Position numbers and translations under genes: made by a program
DNA from: Coprobacillaceae bacterium
GTDB taxonomy: Bacteria > Bacillota_I > Bacilli_A > Erysipelotrichales > Coprobacillaceae
Assembly: GCA_963675515.1 (NCBI GenBank)
Contig: OY776328.1
Span: 840,001-872,000 of the forward strand
DNA: 32,000 bases
Reading direction: 5' to 3'
The notes under the pieces: generated by a model
Databases searched by the model: none
What the model saw: the letters and a program-made list of their open reading frames with translations, nothing else
Told to the model about the DNA's origin: nothing
In this document: piece after piece, positions 17,528 to 29,166 of the stretch
Layout: every line of letters begins with the position of its first letter
Numbering within the stretch: position 1 is the first letter of the stretch

Positions 17528-18742
17528 ATGAAAAACAAAAGCATGAAACACTGGCTGGTGATGGTCGTCTGCTGCGGGATGGCGGCAGCATCCATCGGTG
17601 TGTCCATCAATTCCTCAGGGGTGTTCTACAGCCCGGTGGCAACAAGTCTGGGAGTTTTGCGCGGCAACTTTGCCTTGCATATGACCATATTTCTGATATC
17701 GAGTGCCCTGGGGTCGTTGATGGTCACTTCGATATTGAAGAAAGTGTCATTCAAGCTGATGCTTGTGATTGCAGTCGGGGTGATTGTCGGTGCGACAGCA
17801 TTGATGGCTCTGGCGACCAATCTTTTGATGTTTTATATCCTTGGGGCGATCCGAGGGTTCGCCGCCGCGATGTTTTCCATCGTCTCATTGTCAATCATCA
17901 TCAACAACTGGTTCGAGGCCAGACATGGCACCGTAACCAGCATCGTTTTTGGTTTCAGTGGCCTTTCCGGTGCTCTCTTTTCACCGATTATCGCCTCAGT
18001 TATTGAAAAATGGGGCTGGCAGGTCGGTTATCTGGCAATGGCCGGGTTCATTCTGGCATTATGTCTGCCTGCCATCATCTATCCGTTCCACCTTGATCCC
18101 AAGAAGGACGGTCTGGTAGCCTATGGTCATGAAGAAAATTCGCAGCACAAAATGGATGTGGAAGATTTCAAGTTCAATTTCAAAGCCGGATACTTCTGGA
18201 CTTTCATTGTTTTTGGGGTAATCTGCTCCTCGATAACAAGCGTGACCCAACATTTGCCAGGATATAGCACTTCGCTGGGATTCTCTTTGGAGACTGGTGC
18301 GGCCTTGCTTTCAGCTGGAATGATCGGGAATATCATCTCCAAAATAATCCTTGGCCTGTTGAGTGATAAGATTGGAGCCCTTAAGGCGACCCTGGCAATG
18401 TTGGCATTCAACACCCTGGGTATTGTGCTTTTGATTTTGGGATCATCGACAATGCTTTTAACCGGCGGGGCATTCATGCTCGGTTTTTCATACGCAGTCG
18501 GGGCAGTGGGGCTGCCACTTTTGACCAAGTATTATTTTGGCTTGGAAATGATGGCCGATGTCTTCCCCAAGATTTCATTCGCATCAAGCATCGGGGCATC
18601 TATTTCCCTGACCCTGGTCGGCTATGTCTATGATTACTTCGGGTCCTATCTCTATGCGTTCTATATAGCATTGGTGCTGATTGTCATAGCCCTTGTTGCC
18701 TTGATGGTTACAACTTTATTAGTCAAGAGAGTAAATGCATAG
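17528..18742 (+). CDS. MFS transporter (oxalate/formate-antiporter-like or monocarboxylate-type architecture)
   Basis: 404-aa, 12-TM-like ORF with a GGGAGG RBS. Confidence 0.7.
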   Translation: MKNKSMKHWLVMVVCCGMAAASIGVSINSSGVFYSPVATSLGVLRGNFALHMTIFLISSALGSLMVTSILKKVSFKLMLVIAVGVIVGATALMALATNLLMFYILGAIRGFAAAMFSIVSLSIIINNWFEARHGTVTSIVFGFSGLSGALFSPIIASVIEKWGWQVGYLAMAGFILALCLPAIIYPFHLDPKKDGLVAYGHEENSQHKMDVEDFKFNFKAGYFWTFIVFGVICSSITSVTQHLPGYSTSLGFSLETGAALLSAGMIGNIISKIILGLLSDKIGALKATLAMLAFNTLGIVLLILGSSTMLLTGGAFMLGFSYAVGAVGLPLLTKYYFGLEMMADVFPKISFASSIGASISLTLVGYVYDYFGSYLYAFYIALVLIVIALVALMVTTLLVKRVNA

Positions 18743-18765
18743 TTCTTAATAAGAAGATCAAAAAA

Positions 18766-18803
18766 AATCGCGTTCGACATAATAAATTCGAGCGCGATTT
18801 TTA
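18766..18803. terminator. Bidirectional terminator between convergent genes
   Basis: AAATCGCGTTCGA-loop-TCGAGCGCGATTT (one G-U pair) is flanked by an A-run on the left and a T-run on the right. Confidence 0.75.
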
Positions 18804-18879
18804 TTTGTGAATCAATATTTTTGATTCGTAGATCCTTGCGAGCGGATTAATCTAATTCGATGAATTTTCGTGTAGTGGA

Positions 18880-19784
<905 letters not shown>

Positions 19785-19833
19785 ATAGCGATAGGTAAGA
19801 CTTTGATGTTATCTCCATCTTTTCCCCCGCTCC

Positions 19834-19867
19834 ACACCGTGCATGCGACTTTCACCGCACACGGCGT
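19834..19867 (-). ncRNA. Group II intron domain V
   Basis: The minus-strand sequence is ACGCCGUGUGCGGU-GAAA-GUCGC-AU-GCACGGUGU. This is a 34-nt hairpin with a GAAA tetraloop and a 2-nt bulge. It is position-for-position comparable with the canonical GAGCCGUAUGCGAUGAAAGUCGCACGUACGGUUC. Confidence 0.75.
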
Positions 19868-19883
19868 TCCATCTAATTCTTCT

Positions 19884-21678
19884 TTAATTTATTTCAGTTA
19901 AATTACATCTCTTACGCAACATGTTCAGTTTTTTAAGCTGTGTTTTGTTTAGATTGAACTTTTTCAATAGCGTTTTTTCAGTTTCCTGATTATTACCGTG
20001 TATTAGTTTATGTACTTCTTTGTGAATAATGATTAGATTGTCAAAATTATCGGTTCCACCATCTCCAACGGAAACAATGTGATGACAGTGTATTTCCTCG
20101 GCCGTTAGAAACAACTGGGTGATTCCACAACGCCCTTTTTGCATTGAATACTTTGAGATTGTGTTATCCCGATATTCCACACTTCCGTTTCCAATTGGCA
20201 GTTCCAGCAACCTCTTCATAACTGAGGTTACATTATTTTCTAATCGTTTATAAACTAATTTGCGCCCCTCTTGGGTATAGTTGCATATGTTTTGATTGAA
20301 GTTTGTCTTCAATTTCCACTGCGTATCCGCCAGTGGAAACAATGAAATGGCTCCAATCGTGAATGTGCGATAGTTATTCTTAAATAACTTCTTATACAAC
20401 GGTGGGGGACTCCTGGGTACTTCATATTTAGCTATTGGTTTCAATCGGTTGTACAAGGTCTTGAGCGTCTGATGGTAAACATTTCTAAAATCTATATTTA
20501 CATGTGTTGCAGCTTCATAATAATTTCTTATCCCCAGTATATATGAATTATAATTGTGGATATTCTTGGAAATTGTATGACGCTGTATCTCGATAACTCT
20601 TTTCCTTATTTCCGCTTTGATTTTTATTTTACTTTTCGCCGATACAAAGGTATTCGCAACGTACTTCTTGCGCTTTGGTACCAGCTTCATTTCAAACCCC
20701 AAATAGTCCGACCTACGTTTCCTTAGATTGGTAATCTTTGACTTTTCAGGTGAAACATTAAGTTTAAGTTCATTCTTCAGATATTCCTTGACCGCATGAT
20801 ATATCCTTACCGCATTTTTATAACTGCAAGTGAAGACTCGTGCGTCATCGGCATACCTTACCGCATACATTTCTTTTAGATTGGTTTTCTTGAGTACTCT
20901 ATACTTATATGGACATTTATAATCAGCATTGAATGTTTCCCATTGATTGCTTATCCACCAGTCCAGATCGTTCAACACTACGTTTGAAAGTAATGGCGAA
21001 AGCACTCCTGCCCTGTGGTGTCCCACAGTGTGGGACACCTACTCCTTTGATGGGAGCTTTCAGCATTCTACTTATAATCGTCAGTACCTGATTATCCTTG
21101 ATGCCGATATTCCAAAGTTGTTTGATTAACTTGGTATGATTGACATTGTCAAAGAACGATTCGATATCCAAATCAACAACATAGTGATTGTGCGTCATAT
21201 TGGCGATATGGCAACATCTTGACAAAGCATTATGGGTTGAGCGATTGGCTCTAAATCCATATGAATGCTTATGAAACTTCGCTTCGCAGATTGGTTCAAG
21301 TATCTGTTTGAACATCTGTTGAATCAGTCTGTCATGCATCGTTGGTATTCCCAATGGTCGTAATTTTCCATTAGGTTTAGGTATTTCTACTCTTCTTACC
21401 GTTTTTGGTTTATAGTCCAATAGCGATAGTCTAATATCCTGAATAAATTTCTCAACGTTTTCTATCTTGTAATCATCAATAGTAAGGCCGTCAGTGCCTT
21501 TTGTGTGACTTCCGGTGTTGCTTTTGATGTTTCGATAGGCGAGGAGTATATTGTTCCTGGATATCACCAGATTATAAAGATCTATCCCGTAAGTATCATT
21601 GTTTAAACTCATTTGATACAACCAGTCAAAAGTTTCCTGCATACTGTAATATTCGTTGTTTCGTAATCCCGTGCTCAC
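19884..21678 (-). pseudogene. Intron-encoded protein (RT domains 0-7, X/maturase, D/HNH endonuclease) disrupted by a 1-nt frameshift near 21009
   Basis: ORF 21678-20923 ends with ...KAPIKGVGVPHCGTPQG followed by out-of-frame residues. ORF 21038-19884 carries GVLSPLLSNVVLNDLD...YADD...CHHIV..GGTDNFDNLIIIHKEVHKLIH. The GTPQG and GVLSPLL blocks are separated by a single extra base. The start is GTG 21678 or ATG 21642. Confidence 0.75.
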
Positions 21679-22348
21679 CGATGGATTATTCCTTTCGTTT
21701 AGAACAATTGTTTCCCATCATCTTATCAGACCCTGTGAGCTTCATTTAACTGTAACTGATTTTTAAAGAACCAGACTTGGGGCTATCCCTCCACCATTTT
21801 TCGTGGCTTCATCGGTACTGTGCCCCTACTTTCACGAGAATAAAAACACTTCGTTTACACTTATAGTTACCGTCCCGATAACAGTCGTTTAATAGACGTT
21901 TCTCGCTTACAACGTTCCAAATATTCTAGCTTTACATTTATCCTTAGGTTCCTGCTATGAGCCTGATGAATTATACCCTCATTGTCGAGTATCTCGAATT
22001 TCATATCAACGATTCTTACTTTTCGATATTCATCGTTGCGCACGCAACATGCCACCTTTCAATAGCACGACTTTCTAGACCCGTACATTCGCAGTTTCGT
22101 CAGTCCTTACACGGACATTCTCACCATAGATAATTTATAGCGTCCCGGCCTATCCTTTACCATATGATATATCACTTAGGTATTGTTCAGCCGACTTCAC
22201 CTAGCTTCACACATAATTTTACTGTTATAACCTCATGCGTGTAGGAGTATCAGACTACTTGTTTCAGGCTAACATGACAGCCATCATTCCAAGTATTGAA
22301 TATTCAGTTGTGATTTTCCTATTGGAAAATCCTCCCATTTCATGCCTA

Positions 22349-22981
<633 letters not shown>

Positions 22982-23239
22982 TCATTCATGAAATCCCGGA
23001 TAGGTGAATCTTACTAAATTATAGAGAAGAAACTGAAAAGGGTTGCATATTTTCGCAAATAGAAATAGTTAGGTAAACTGTGTGTGAATGGATAGTATTC
23101 CAAATGGCTTTATGTTGCCTATTTTTAAGATAGGGAGCAGATTTGAAATGTTTAAATGTGAAAATAATATTGATTTTTGATAATGCAAACATCAGGACAT
23201 ATTTTAAAAACACTAGCTACTATTAATCAAATAGGTGAA

Positions 23240-23248
23240 TGCTATAAT
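23240..23248 (+). promoter_or_regulatory. Extended -10 promoter element (TGcTATAAT) for the alpha-galactosidase gene
   Basis: This is a perfect TGnTATAAT. The -35 is weak. It lies about 175 nt upstream of ATG 23425. Confidence 0.55.
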
Positions 23249-23255
23249 AATTGTG

Positions 23256-23269
23256 CGAAAGCGTTTACG
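23256..23269 (+). promoter_or_regulatory. cre-like (CcpA) or LacI-family operator just downstream of the -10
   Basis: cGAAAGCGTTTACg matches TGWNANCGNTNWCA at all specified positions except the two outermost bases. Its position over the predicted transcription start fits repression. Confidence 0.5.
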
Positions 23270-23424
23270 GTGTTGTCTATTCCATGAAGTATATTTTTAT
23301 TGGATTTCTGGACTTGGAATAATGGAAGAACTAGTGCATTGAAGAAGGATGACAAAAAATTGCCATCATGGTTCCATATTATAAGATAAGGCAACAATTT
23401 TGAAATGACGAAGAGGAGGATAAG

Positions 23425-25650
23425 ATGCCAGTAGCATATAATGAAAGTAAAAATACTTTCCATCTTTATAATAATGAAATAAGTTATATTTTCAAGGTTC
23501 TGGAGAATAATCAGTTGGGCCAACTATATTATGGGAAGAAAATAGCTGACCGAAACAATTTTGACCATTTGCTTGAAATGCGACCAAGGGCGATGGCTGT
23601 CTGTGCGTTTGAGTCAAGCCGGTTGTTTTCCCTTGAACACATAAAACAGGAATATCCGGTATATGGCACAGGTGACATGCGCATGCCTGCAATTGATATA
23701 TTGCAGGAAAACGGCAGCAGGATCCTTGATCTTCAATACAAGAATCATACGGTTTACCAGGGAAAGAAAGAATTGCCCTCATTGCCGGCGACTTATGTTG
23801 AAGGCGATGAAGAGGCGACCACGCTGGAAGTCACATTAGTTGATAAGGTCATCAATGTCGAGGTGAAATTGTCGTATACAATCTTTGAAAATATGCCGGT
23901 GATAGCTCGAAATACGAGCATCTCCAATCTAGGAGAACAACAATTGATACTCGACCGGGCAATGTCGCTTTCCCTTGATCTGCCTGACAAAGATTATGAA
24001 ATGATTGAACTGACCGGAGCGTGGTCTCGGGAAAGAAGCATCAAGAAACGCATTCTTGAACATGGGATCCAGTCCATCGGATCGCTTAGAGGGTGTTCAT
24101 CAAGTGCGTTCAATCCGTTCCTTGCTTTAGCAAGAAGAAACTGTGATGAGTATAGCGGCGAGGTTCTGGGATTCAGTTTTGTGTATAGTGGCAATTTCCT
24201 AGCCCAGGTCGAAGTGGATACTTATGATGTTTCAAGGGTAATGATGGGCATCCATCCTCACTGTTTCAACTGGCCACTTGCCAAGGGTGAGTCATTCCAA
24301 ACGCCTGAGGCGATAATGGTTTACAGCGATCAGGGCTTGAACAAGATGTCTCAGACATATCACAAATTGTACCAGACTCGTCTGGCCCGTGGTAAATACC
24401 GGGATCTACCAAGGCCGATTCTTATAAACAACTGGGAGGGCACATATTTTGATTTTGATGAGGACAAAATTGTCACAATGGCAAAAACGGCGAAAAGTCT
24501 GGGAATTGAACTTTTCGTATTGGACGACGGCTGGTTTGGGAAACGTAATGATGACTTTGCGGGTCTAGGTGACTGGTATCCTAATCTGGATAAACTACCA
24601 ACCGGAATTTCTGGACTTTCAAAGAAGATTACTGATTTGGGGATTTCATTTGGGCTATGGTTTGAACCAGAAATGGTGAACAAGGATTCCGATTTGTATC
24701 GTAGCCATCCCGAATGGACTCTCGAGACGCCAGAACGGCATTCAAGCCACGGACGCAACCAGTATGTCCTGGATTTTTCGAATCCGGAGGTCGTGACATA
24801 TATCTTCAATGCAATGGACAAGGTCATCAGCGAATCAAAGATAACATATATAAAATGGGACATGAACAGATGCATGAGTGAGGTGTATTCAAGCAGCCAT
24901 GGTTCAAAAGAACAAGGCAAAGTGATGCACGAATACATTTTGGGTGTTTATGACCTTTATGAAAGACTTATTGAAAAATTCCCTGACATATTATTTGAAT
25001 CATGCGCAAGTGGTGGCGCTAGATTTGATCCGGGGATGATTTATTATGCTCCTCAAGCATGGACGAGCGATGATACCGATGCTATGGAACGCCTCAAAAT
25101 TCAATATGGGACGAGCATGGTATATCCGGTTTCTTCAATGGGATCACATGTCTCGGCAATTCCAAATCACCAGGTGCGCCGCAACACGCCAATACAAACC
25201 AGGGCCAATGTCGCCTACTTCGGAACTTTTGGTTATGAGCTGAATGTCAATGAGCTGGGTGAACAGGAAAGAGCTGTTGTAATGGAGCAGGTTGAGTTCA
25301 TGAAAGAATACCGCGACCTAATCCAATTTGGCAAATTCTATCGTCTTAAAAGCCCGTTTGAAGGTAATGAGACGGTCTGGATGGTGGTCTCAAAGGATCA
25401 AAAGGATGCAATTGTAGGCTACTATCGAGTTCTCCAACAAGTAAATGCGCGGTATGGCAGAGTGAAATTGCAGGGATTGAATCCGGACTTCGAATATGAA
25501 GTGTCATTGAATGATACTTTGAATTACGGGGATGAATTGATGAATGTTGGCCTGATTACTACTGACGGGTCATCAGGCGAGCCACAAGGACATTATAATG
25601 GTCTAAACGGCGACTATCAGTCACGACTGTACATTTTAAAAGCTAAATAA
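23425..25650 (+). CDS. Alpha-galactosidase (GH36)
   Basis: 741-aa ORF with an AGGAGG RBS. Motifs seen are LDDGWFGKRNDD, YIKWDMNR and FESCASGGARFD. The size and N-terminal domain are typical of GH36 AgaA/RafA-type enzymes. Confidence 0.9.
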   Translation: MPVAYNESKNTFHLYNNEISYIFKVLENNQLGQLYYGKKIADRNNFDHLLEMRPRAMAVCAFESSRLFSLEHIKQEYPVYGTGDMRMPAIDILQENGSRILDLQYKNHTVYQGKKELPSLPATYVEGDEEATTLEVTLVDKVINVEVKLSYTIFENMPVIARNTSISNLGEQQLILDRAMSLSLDLPDKDYEMIELTGAWSRERSIKKRILEHGIQSIGSLRGCSSSAFNPFLALARRNCDEYSGEVLGFSFVYSGNFLAQVEVDTYDVSRVMMGIHPHCFNWPLAKGESFQTPEAIMVYSDQGLNKMSQTYHKLYQTRLARGKYRDLPRPILINNWEGTYFDFDEDKIVTMAKTAKSLGIELFVLDDGWFGKRNDDFAGLGDWYPNLDKLPTGISGLSKKITDLGISFGLWFEPEMVNKDSDLYRSHPEWTLETPERHSSHGRNQYVLDFSNPEVVTYIFNAMDKVISESKITYIKWDMNRCMSEVYSSSHGSKEQGKVMHEYILGVYDLYERLIEKFPDILFESCASGGARFDPGMIYYAPQAWTSDDTDAMERLKIQYGTSMVYPVSSMGSHVSAIPNHQVRRNTPIQTRANVAYFGTFGYELNVNELGEQERAVVMEQVEFMKEYRDLIQFGKFYRLKSPFEGNETVWMVVSKDQKDAIVGYYRVLQQVNARYGRVKLQGLNPDFEYEVSLNDTLNYGDELMNVGLITTDGSSGEPQGHYNGLNGDYQSRLYILKAK

Positions 25651-25656
25651 TAATGA

Positions 25657-25697
25657 AAAGAAGGAACTCCGCATAACTTATCGGTTCCTTCTTTTAG
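25657..25697 (+). terminator. Rho-independent terminator
   Basis: AAGAAGGAAC, a 16-nt loop and GTTCCTTCTT are followed by TT. Confidence 0.7.
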
Positions 25698-25860
25698 TTG
25701 TAATCAATTATTCAAATTTTTTCCAGGATTAATAGGGTTAAATAATCAAGACGCCGTGCCTGGATAACTACAAGCAAGGCTCCAAGAATGCATAATATAT
25801 CAATATTGAATACATGAACTAGGCTTAGATGAAAAAAATAGTGAAAAAATCAAAAAACAT

Positions 25861-25891
25861 TTGACTTAAAGTTAACTTCAAGTGTTATTCT
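25861..25891 (+). promoter_or_regulatory. MerR-type promoter P5 (19-bp spacer) upstream of the alpha/beta hydrolase gene
   Basis: The sequence is TTGACT-taaagttaacttcaagtgt-TATTCT. The spacer is 19 nt. It carries an 18-bp near-perfect palindrome CTTAAAGTTAACTTCAAG (8 of 9 pairs). Confidence 0.65.
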
Positions 25892-25940
25892 CGATTTGTG
25901 AAAACAATTTATATTTGAATTTATCGAATAGGAGAAAAAT

Positions 25941-26915
25941 ATGGAAAACGAAAAATTAGAATTGACTCAAGAATGGGATAAAGTATTCCCTTTAAGTGAC
26001 AAAGTAAATCATAGAAAAGTCACATTTCACAATATATATGGAATAACATTGGCTGCTGACTTATATGAACCTAAAAATGCAACAGGTAAACTTCCGGCAA
26101 TCGCAGTTTCGGGACCGTTCGGTGCTGTAAAGGAACAGTCGTCAGGTTTGTATGCTCAAACAATGGCCGAACGCGGTTACCTTACAATCGCATTCGATCC
26201 ATCTTTCACAGGAGAAAGTGGTGGATTCCCACGTTATATAGCTTCACCAGATATCAACACTGAGGACTTCTCTGCTGCAGTTGATTTTCTTTCGACACAG
26301 GACAATGTTGATCCCGAACGCATCGGTGTGATCGGTATCTGCGGTTGGGGCGGAATGGCATTGAATGTTGCCTCTATGGATACACGCATCAAAGCCACAG
26401 TGACTTCAACAATGTATGACATGACCCGCGTTTCGGCAAACGGATATTTCGATTCAGTGGATGCAGCGGCCCGTTATGAGATGCGCAAAAATTTGAATGC
26501 CCAAAGAATTGAGGATTACAAAAACGGTACTTTTGCAATGACTGGCGGATTGCCTGATGATGCTCCAGAAGAAGCACCATTCTTCTTCAAGGATTATATC
26601 AATTATTACAAGAGACCTAGAGGATACCATGCGCGTTCATTGAATTCAAACGGTGGATGGACTGTAACATCATCACTTGCATTTGCGAATACGAAAATCC
26701 TTCAATATAGCGATGAAATCAAAAGCGCGGTTTTAATGATTCATGGTGAAAAAGCTCACTCAGTGTATTTCAGCCAAGATGCTTTTAAAAAATTGACAGG
26801 GGACAATAAAGAATTATTGATCATCCCGGGAGCTGTGCATACTGATCTGTATGACCAAATGGACGTAATCCCATTTGAGAAAATCGAGGAATTCTTCAAT
26901 AAATATCTGGCGTAA
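25941..26915 (+). CDS. Alpha/beta hydrolase (dienelactone-hydrolase/COG1073-like)
   Basis: 324-aa ORF with an AGGAGA RBS. A nucleophile-elbow-like IGVIGICGWGG is present, along with C-terminal IPGAVHTDLYD (His of the triad). Confidence 0.7.
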   Translation: MENEKLELTQEWDKVFPLSDKVNHRKVTFHNIYGITLAADLYEPKNATGKLPAIAVSGPFGAVKEQSSGLYAQTMAERGYLTIAFDPSFTGESGGFPRYIASPDINTEDFSAAVDFLSTQDNVDPERIGVIGICGWGGMALNVASMDTRIKATVTSTMYDMTRVSANGYFDSVDAAARYEMRKNLNAQRIEDYKNGTFAMTGGLPDDAPEEAPFFFKDYINYYKRPRGYHARSLNSNGGWTVTSSLAFANTKILQYSDEIKSAVLMIHGEKAHSVYFSQDAFKKLTGDNKELLIIPGAVHTDLYDQMDVIPFEKIEEFFNKYLA

Positions 26916-27007
26916 GCTTGATTGAAAAACTGTTAATAACGTGGATACGGGTAAATACTTTTAGAAATCTCTCGTTTTCAACAAGGTAGTGTCAAAAAAA
27001 AATAAGG

Positions 27008-27058
27008 CCATCCAAGGGCTTGAACAGTTGATTCTTGTTCCCCTGGATGGTCTTTTTT
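27008..27058. terminator. Bidirectional terminator between convergent genes
   Basis: CCATCCAAGGG-loop-CCCCTGGATGG (one mismatch) is preceded by A9 and followed by a TCTTTTTT run. Confidence 0.65.
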
Positions 27059-27225
27059 AATTGCATTAAGAAATGAGCAAATTGTTTTCTATCAAAATAT
27101 GACATTCTGGTTGTTTGAATATATCAGCCTGAAAAACTGGATAGTGGAGTTAATTCAGACAAATTTGCCTTAAAATTGGTCATATTTTTCAAACATTATG
27201 TTCGGATTTCTTGTTTCGGATTCGC

Positions 27226-28104
27226 TTATGACTTTATGCCATTTGAGCTGCTGCTTTTCAGATAGGGTAGAAATGATTCGATGGCCTGTAAGTTGGAACT
27301 GCGGTATAATATTCCGATATTTCCCGCGGAAATGTTCGACGGCACCACCTTAATAATCGATTCGTAATTATTCTTCCACAGTGAGTGGATGACCATAATT
27401 TCGTCGGATACAAGCCGTCTGGCGGCGATGGATAAATCGTATTCCTTGTCAAGCGGCCGTACTTTCGCAAACGGTGGCAGATTATTGGAAAACGGAATGT
27501 TGAGATAGTCATATTTGCCGCTGATGATTTTCACGTTTTTCAGGTCAGGCGGGGTGATGATCGTCAAATTTGCCAGAGGGTGATCGGGCCGCATACAAAA
27601 ACTGTATGTATCCTCATAAAGCGGATAAAATGTGAGACCGCTAATAAACTCATCGGCCGGCTCGGCAATGATGCTCAAATCCACAATCCCATCGGATATC
27701 GCTGCAATATGCTCACCAAATGGCATAGATATGAATTCTATTGAGGCATTTGGAAAATCTTTGTAAAAGGCTTCATATGCTTCAATGACAAAATTTGGAA
27801 CTTTCTCGAATGGGGTAGCTATTCTCAATGTGAGCTGCTCCATTTTTTCCAATTCCCTTCCCTGGGCGCATGCGGATTCGAACAAATCAAGAATCTTCTT
27901 CGCTGATTTGTAAAATAGTTCGCCTGGAGGGGTCAGGGATATGCCCTGGTTTGTTCTATTGAACAATTTGAATCCTATGTTCGCTTCCAGCAAATTGATT
28001 TGTTGGACCAGGGCGGGTGTGGAAATGAAGGACGAAGCAGCCGCCTGAGAAAAACTCTTTGTGTCCGCGGCGAGAATGAATGAATGTAATTGGCGTTCGT
28101 TCAT
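27226..28104 (-). CDS. LysR-family transcriptional regulator
   Basis: 292-aa ORF with an AGGAGA RBS. The wHTH is MNERQLHSFILAADTKSFSQAAASSFISTPALVQQINLLEANIGFKLFNRT. It is divergent from the radical-SAM gene. Confidence 0.85.
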   Translation of the reverse strand: MNERQLHSFILAADTKSFSQAAASSFISTPALVQQINLLEANIGFKLFNRTNQGISLTPPGELFYKSAKKILDLFESACAQGRELEKMEQLTLRIATPFEKVPNFVIEAYEAFYKDFPNASIEFISMPFGEHIAAISDGIVDLSIIAEPADEFISGLTFYPLYEDTYSFCMRPDHPLANLTIITPPDLKNVKIISGKYDYLNIPFSNNLPPFAKVRPLDKEYDLSIAARRLVSDEIMVIHSLWKNNYESIIKVVPSNISAGNIGILYRSSNLQAIESFLPYLKSSSSNGIKS

Positions 28105-28211
28105 ATTGTTTTCTCCTCGTATTGGGCGATGATTATGATTCTATTATCTCAATTGAACGGAAGAAAATCAACTGCATAAAGCAAATACTTTATACGTCTT
28201 GAAAAAGCAAC

Positions 28212-28239
28212 TTCCAAAAATATTACCTTTTGGTAATAT
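28212..28239 (+). promoter_or_regulatory. Promoter (TTCCAA-N16-TGgTAATAT) overlapped by the dyad ATATTACC-tttt-GGTAATAT
   Basis: An extended -10 lies at 28231-28239. A perfect inverted repeat with 8-bp arms at 28220-28239 sits in the LysR/radical-SAM divergent region and is a candidate regulator binding site. Confidence 0.45.
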
Positions 28240-28264
28240 AGGAGAAAAGAAAGTTGGTGATATT

Positions 28265-29149
28265 ATGCATTACAATGGACCGATTGTCCGACCCCCAACA
28301 GATGCCTACAGCGTAATGCTGGAGATTACGGTGGGGTGCACGCATGACAAATGCAAGTACTGCAATTTTTATAAAGGTTTTCCTTTCAAAATGGCGGACC
28401 TGAATCAAATAGAAATGGACTTGAAAGAAGTCGCATCAATAGATGCCAAGGTGAAAGATGTCTGGGCTGCCGGTGGCAATCCTTTTGCCTTGTCTGTCAA
28501 CCGTCTGGAAAGTATAGCCCTGCTTGTGCGCAAATATTTGCCCGAAGCCAGGATATCCACATATGCGAGGGTCAACGACTTCAAAGACAAGAGCATCGAA
28601 GATATCCGTCATCTCAAGGAACTGGGATTTGAAGATATTCTTATCGGGGTTGAAAGTGGAGATGACAAAGTCCTTGTATCCATGAATAAGGGCTACACAG
28701 GAGCGGATGTCTTTGAACAATTGCGCAAAGTCGAAGCAGCCGGAGTCGATTACCGGGTCATCTACCTAGGTGGAATCGCGGGAGCAGGCGAGTGCGAAAA
28801 AAGCGCAAAAATTACCGCTGATGTTTTTAACCAGTTGCATCCCTATATGATTTTCCTTACCTCCGTCGCGTTGTTGCCGGGAACACAACTTTATGAAGAG
28901 GCTCGAAATGGAAAGTTTGTCGAACCAAGCGAATTGGAGAGAATCATAGAACTTCGGACGTTGCTGGCAAATATGGAAAATGATATTTTCGTATATTCGC
29001 GAAGTGTTTCCAGTTTTGTGGATTTCACCGCCGATTTGCCTAATGATAAAATTAAGGTTTTGAAAATGCTGGATGATATCATAAACAATTTTTCAAAGTC
29101 GAATGAGTTTGAACTTAAACAAAAAAGAGACAGAATAACAAATGTCTAG
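28265..29149 (+). CDS. Radical SAM protein with a CX4CX2C cluster motif
   Basis: The track start at 28199 is TTG with no RBS, so ATG 28265 after GGTGA is preferred. The sequence begins MHYNGPIVRPPTDAYSVMLEITVGCTHDKCKYCNFYKG. AAGGNPFAL and GVESGDDKVL are also present. Confidence 0.75.
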   Translation: MHYNGPIVRPPTDAYSVMLEITVGCTHDKCKYCNFYKGFPFKMADLNQIEMDLKEVASIDAKVKDVWAAGGNPFALSVNRLESIALLVRKYLPEARISTYARVNDFKDKSIEDIRHLKELGFEDILIGVESGDDKVLVSMNKGYTGADVFEQLRKVEAAGVDYRVIYLGGIAGAGECEKSAKITADVFNQLHPYMIFLTSVALLPGTQLYEEARNGKFVEPSELERIIELRTLLANMENDIFVYSRSVSSFVDFTADLPNDKIKVLKMLDDIINNFSKSNEFELKQKRDRITNV

Positions 29150-29166
29150 AAAAAGGAGCTATTGAA

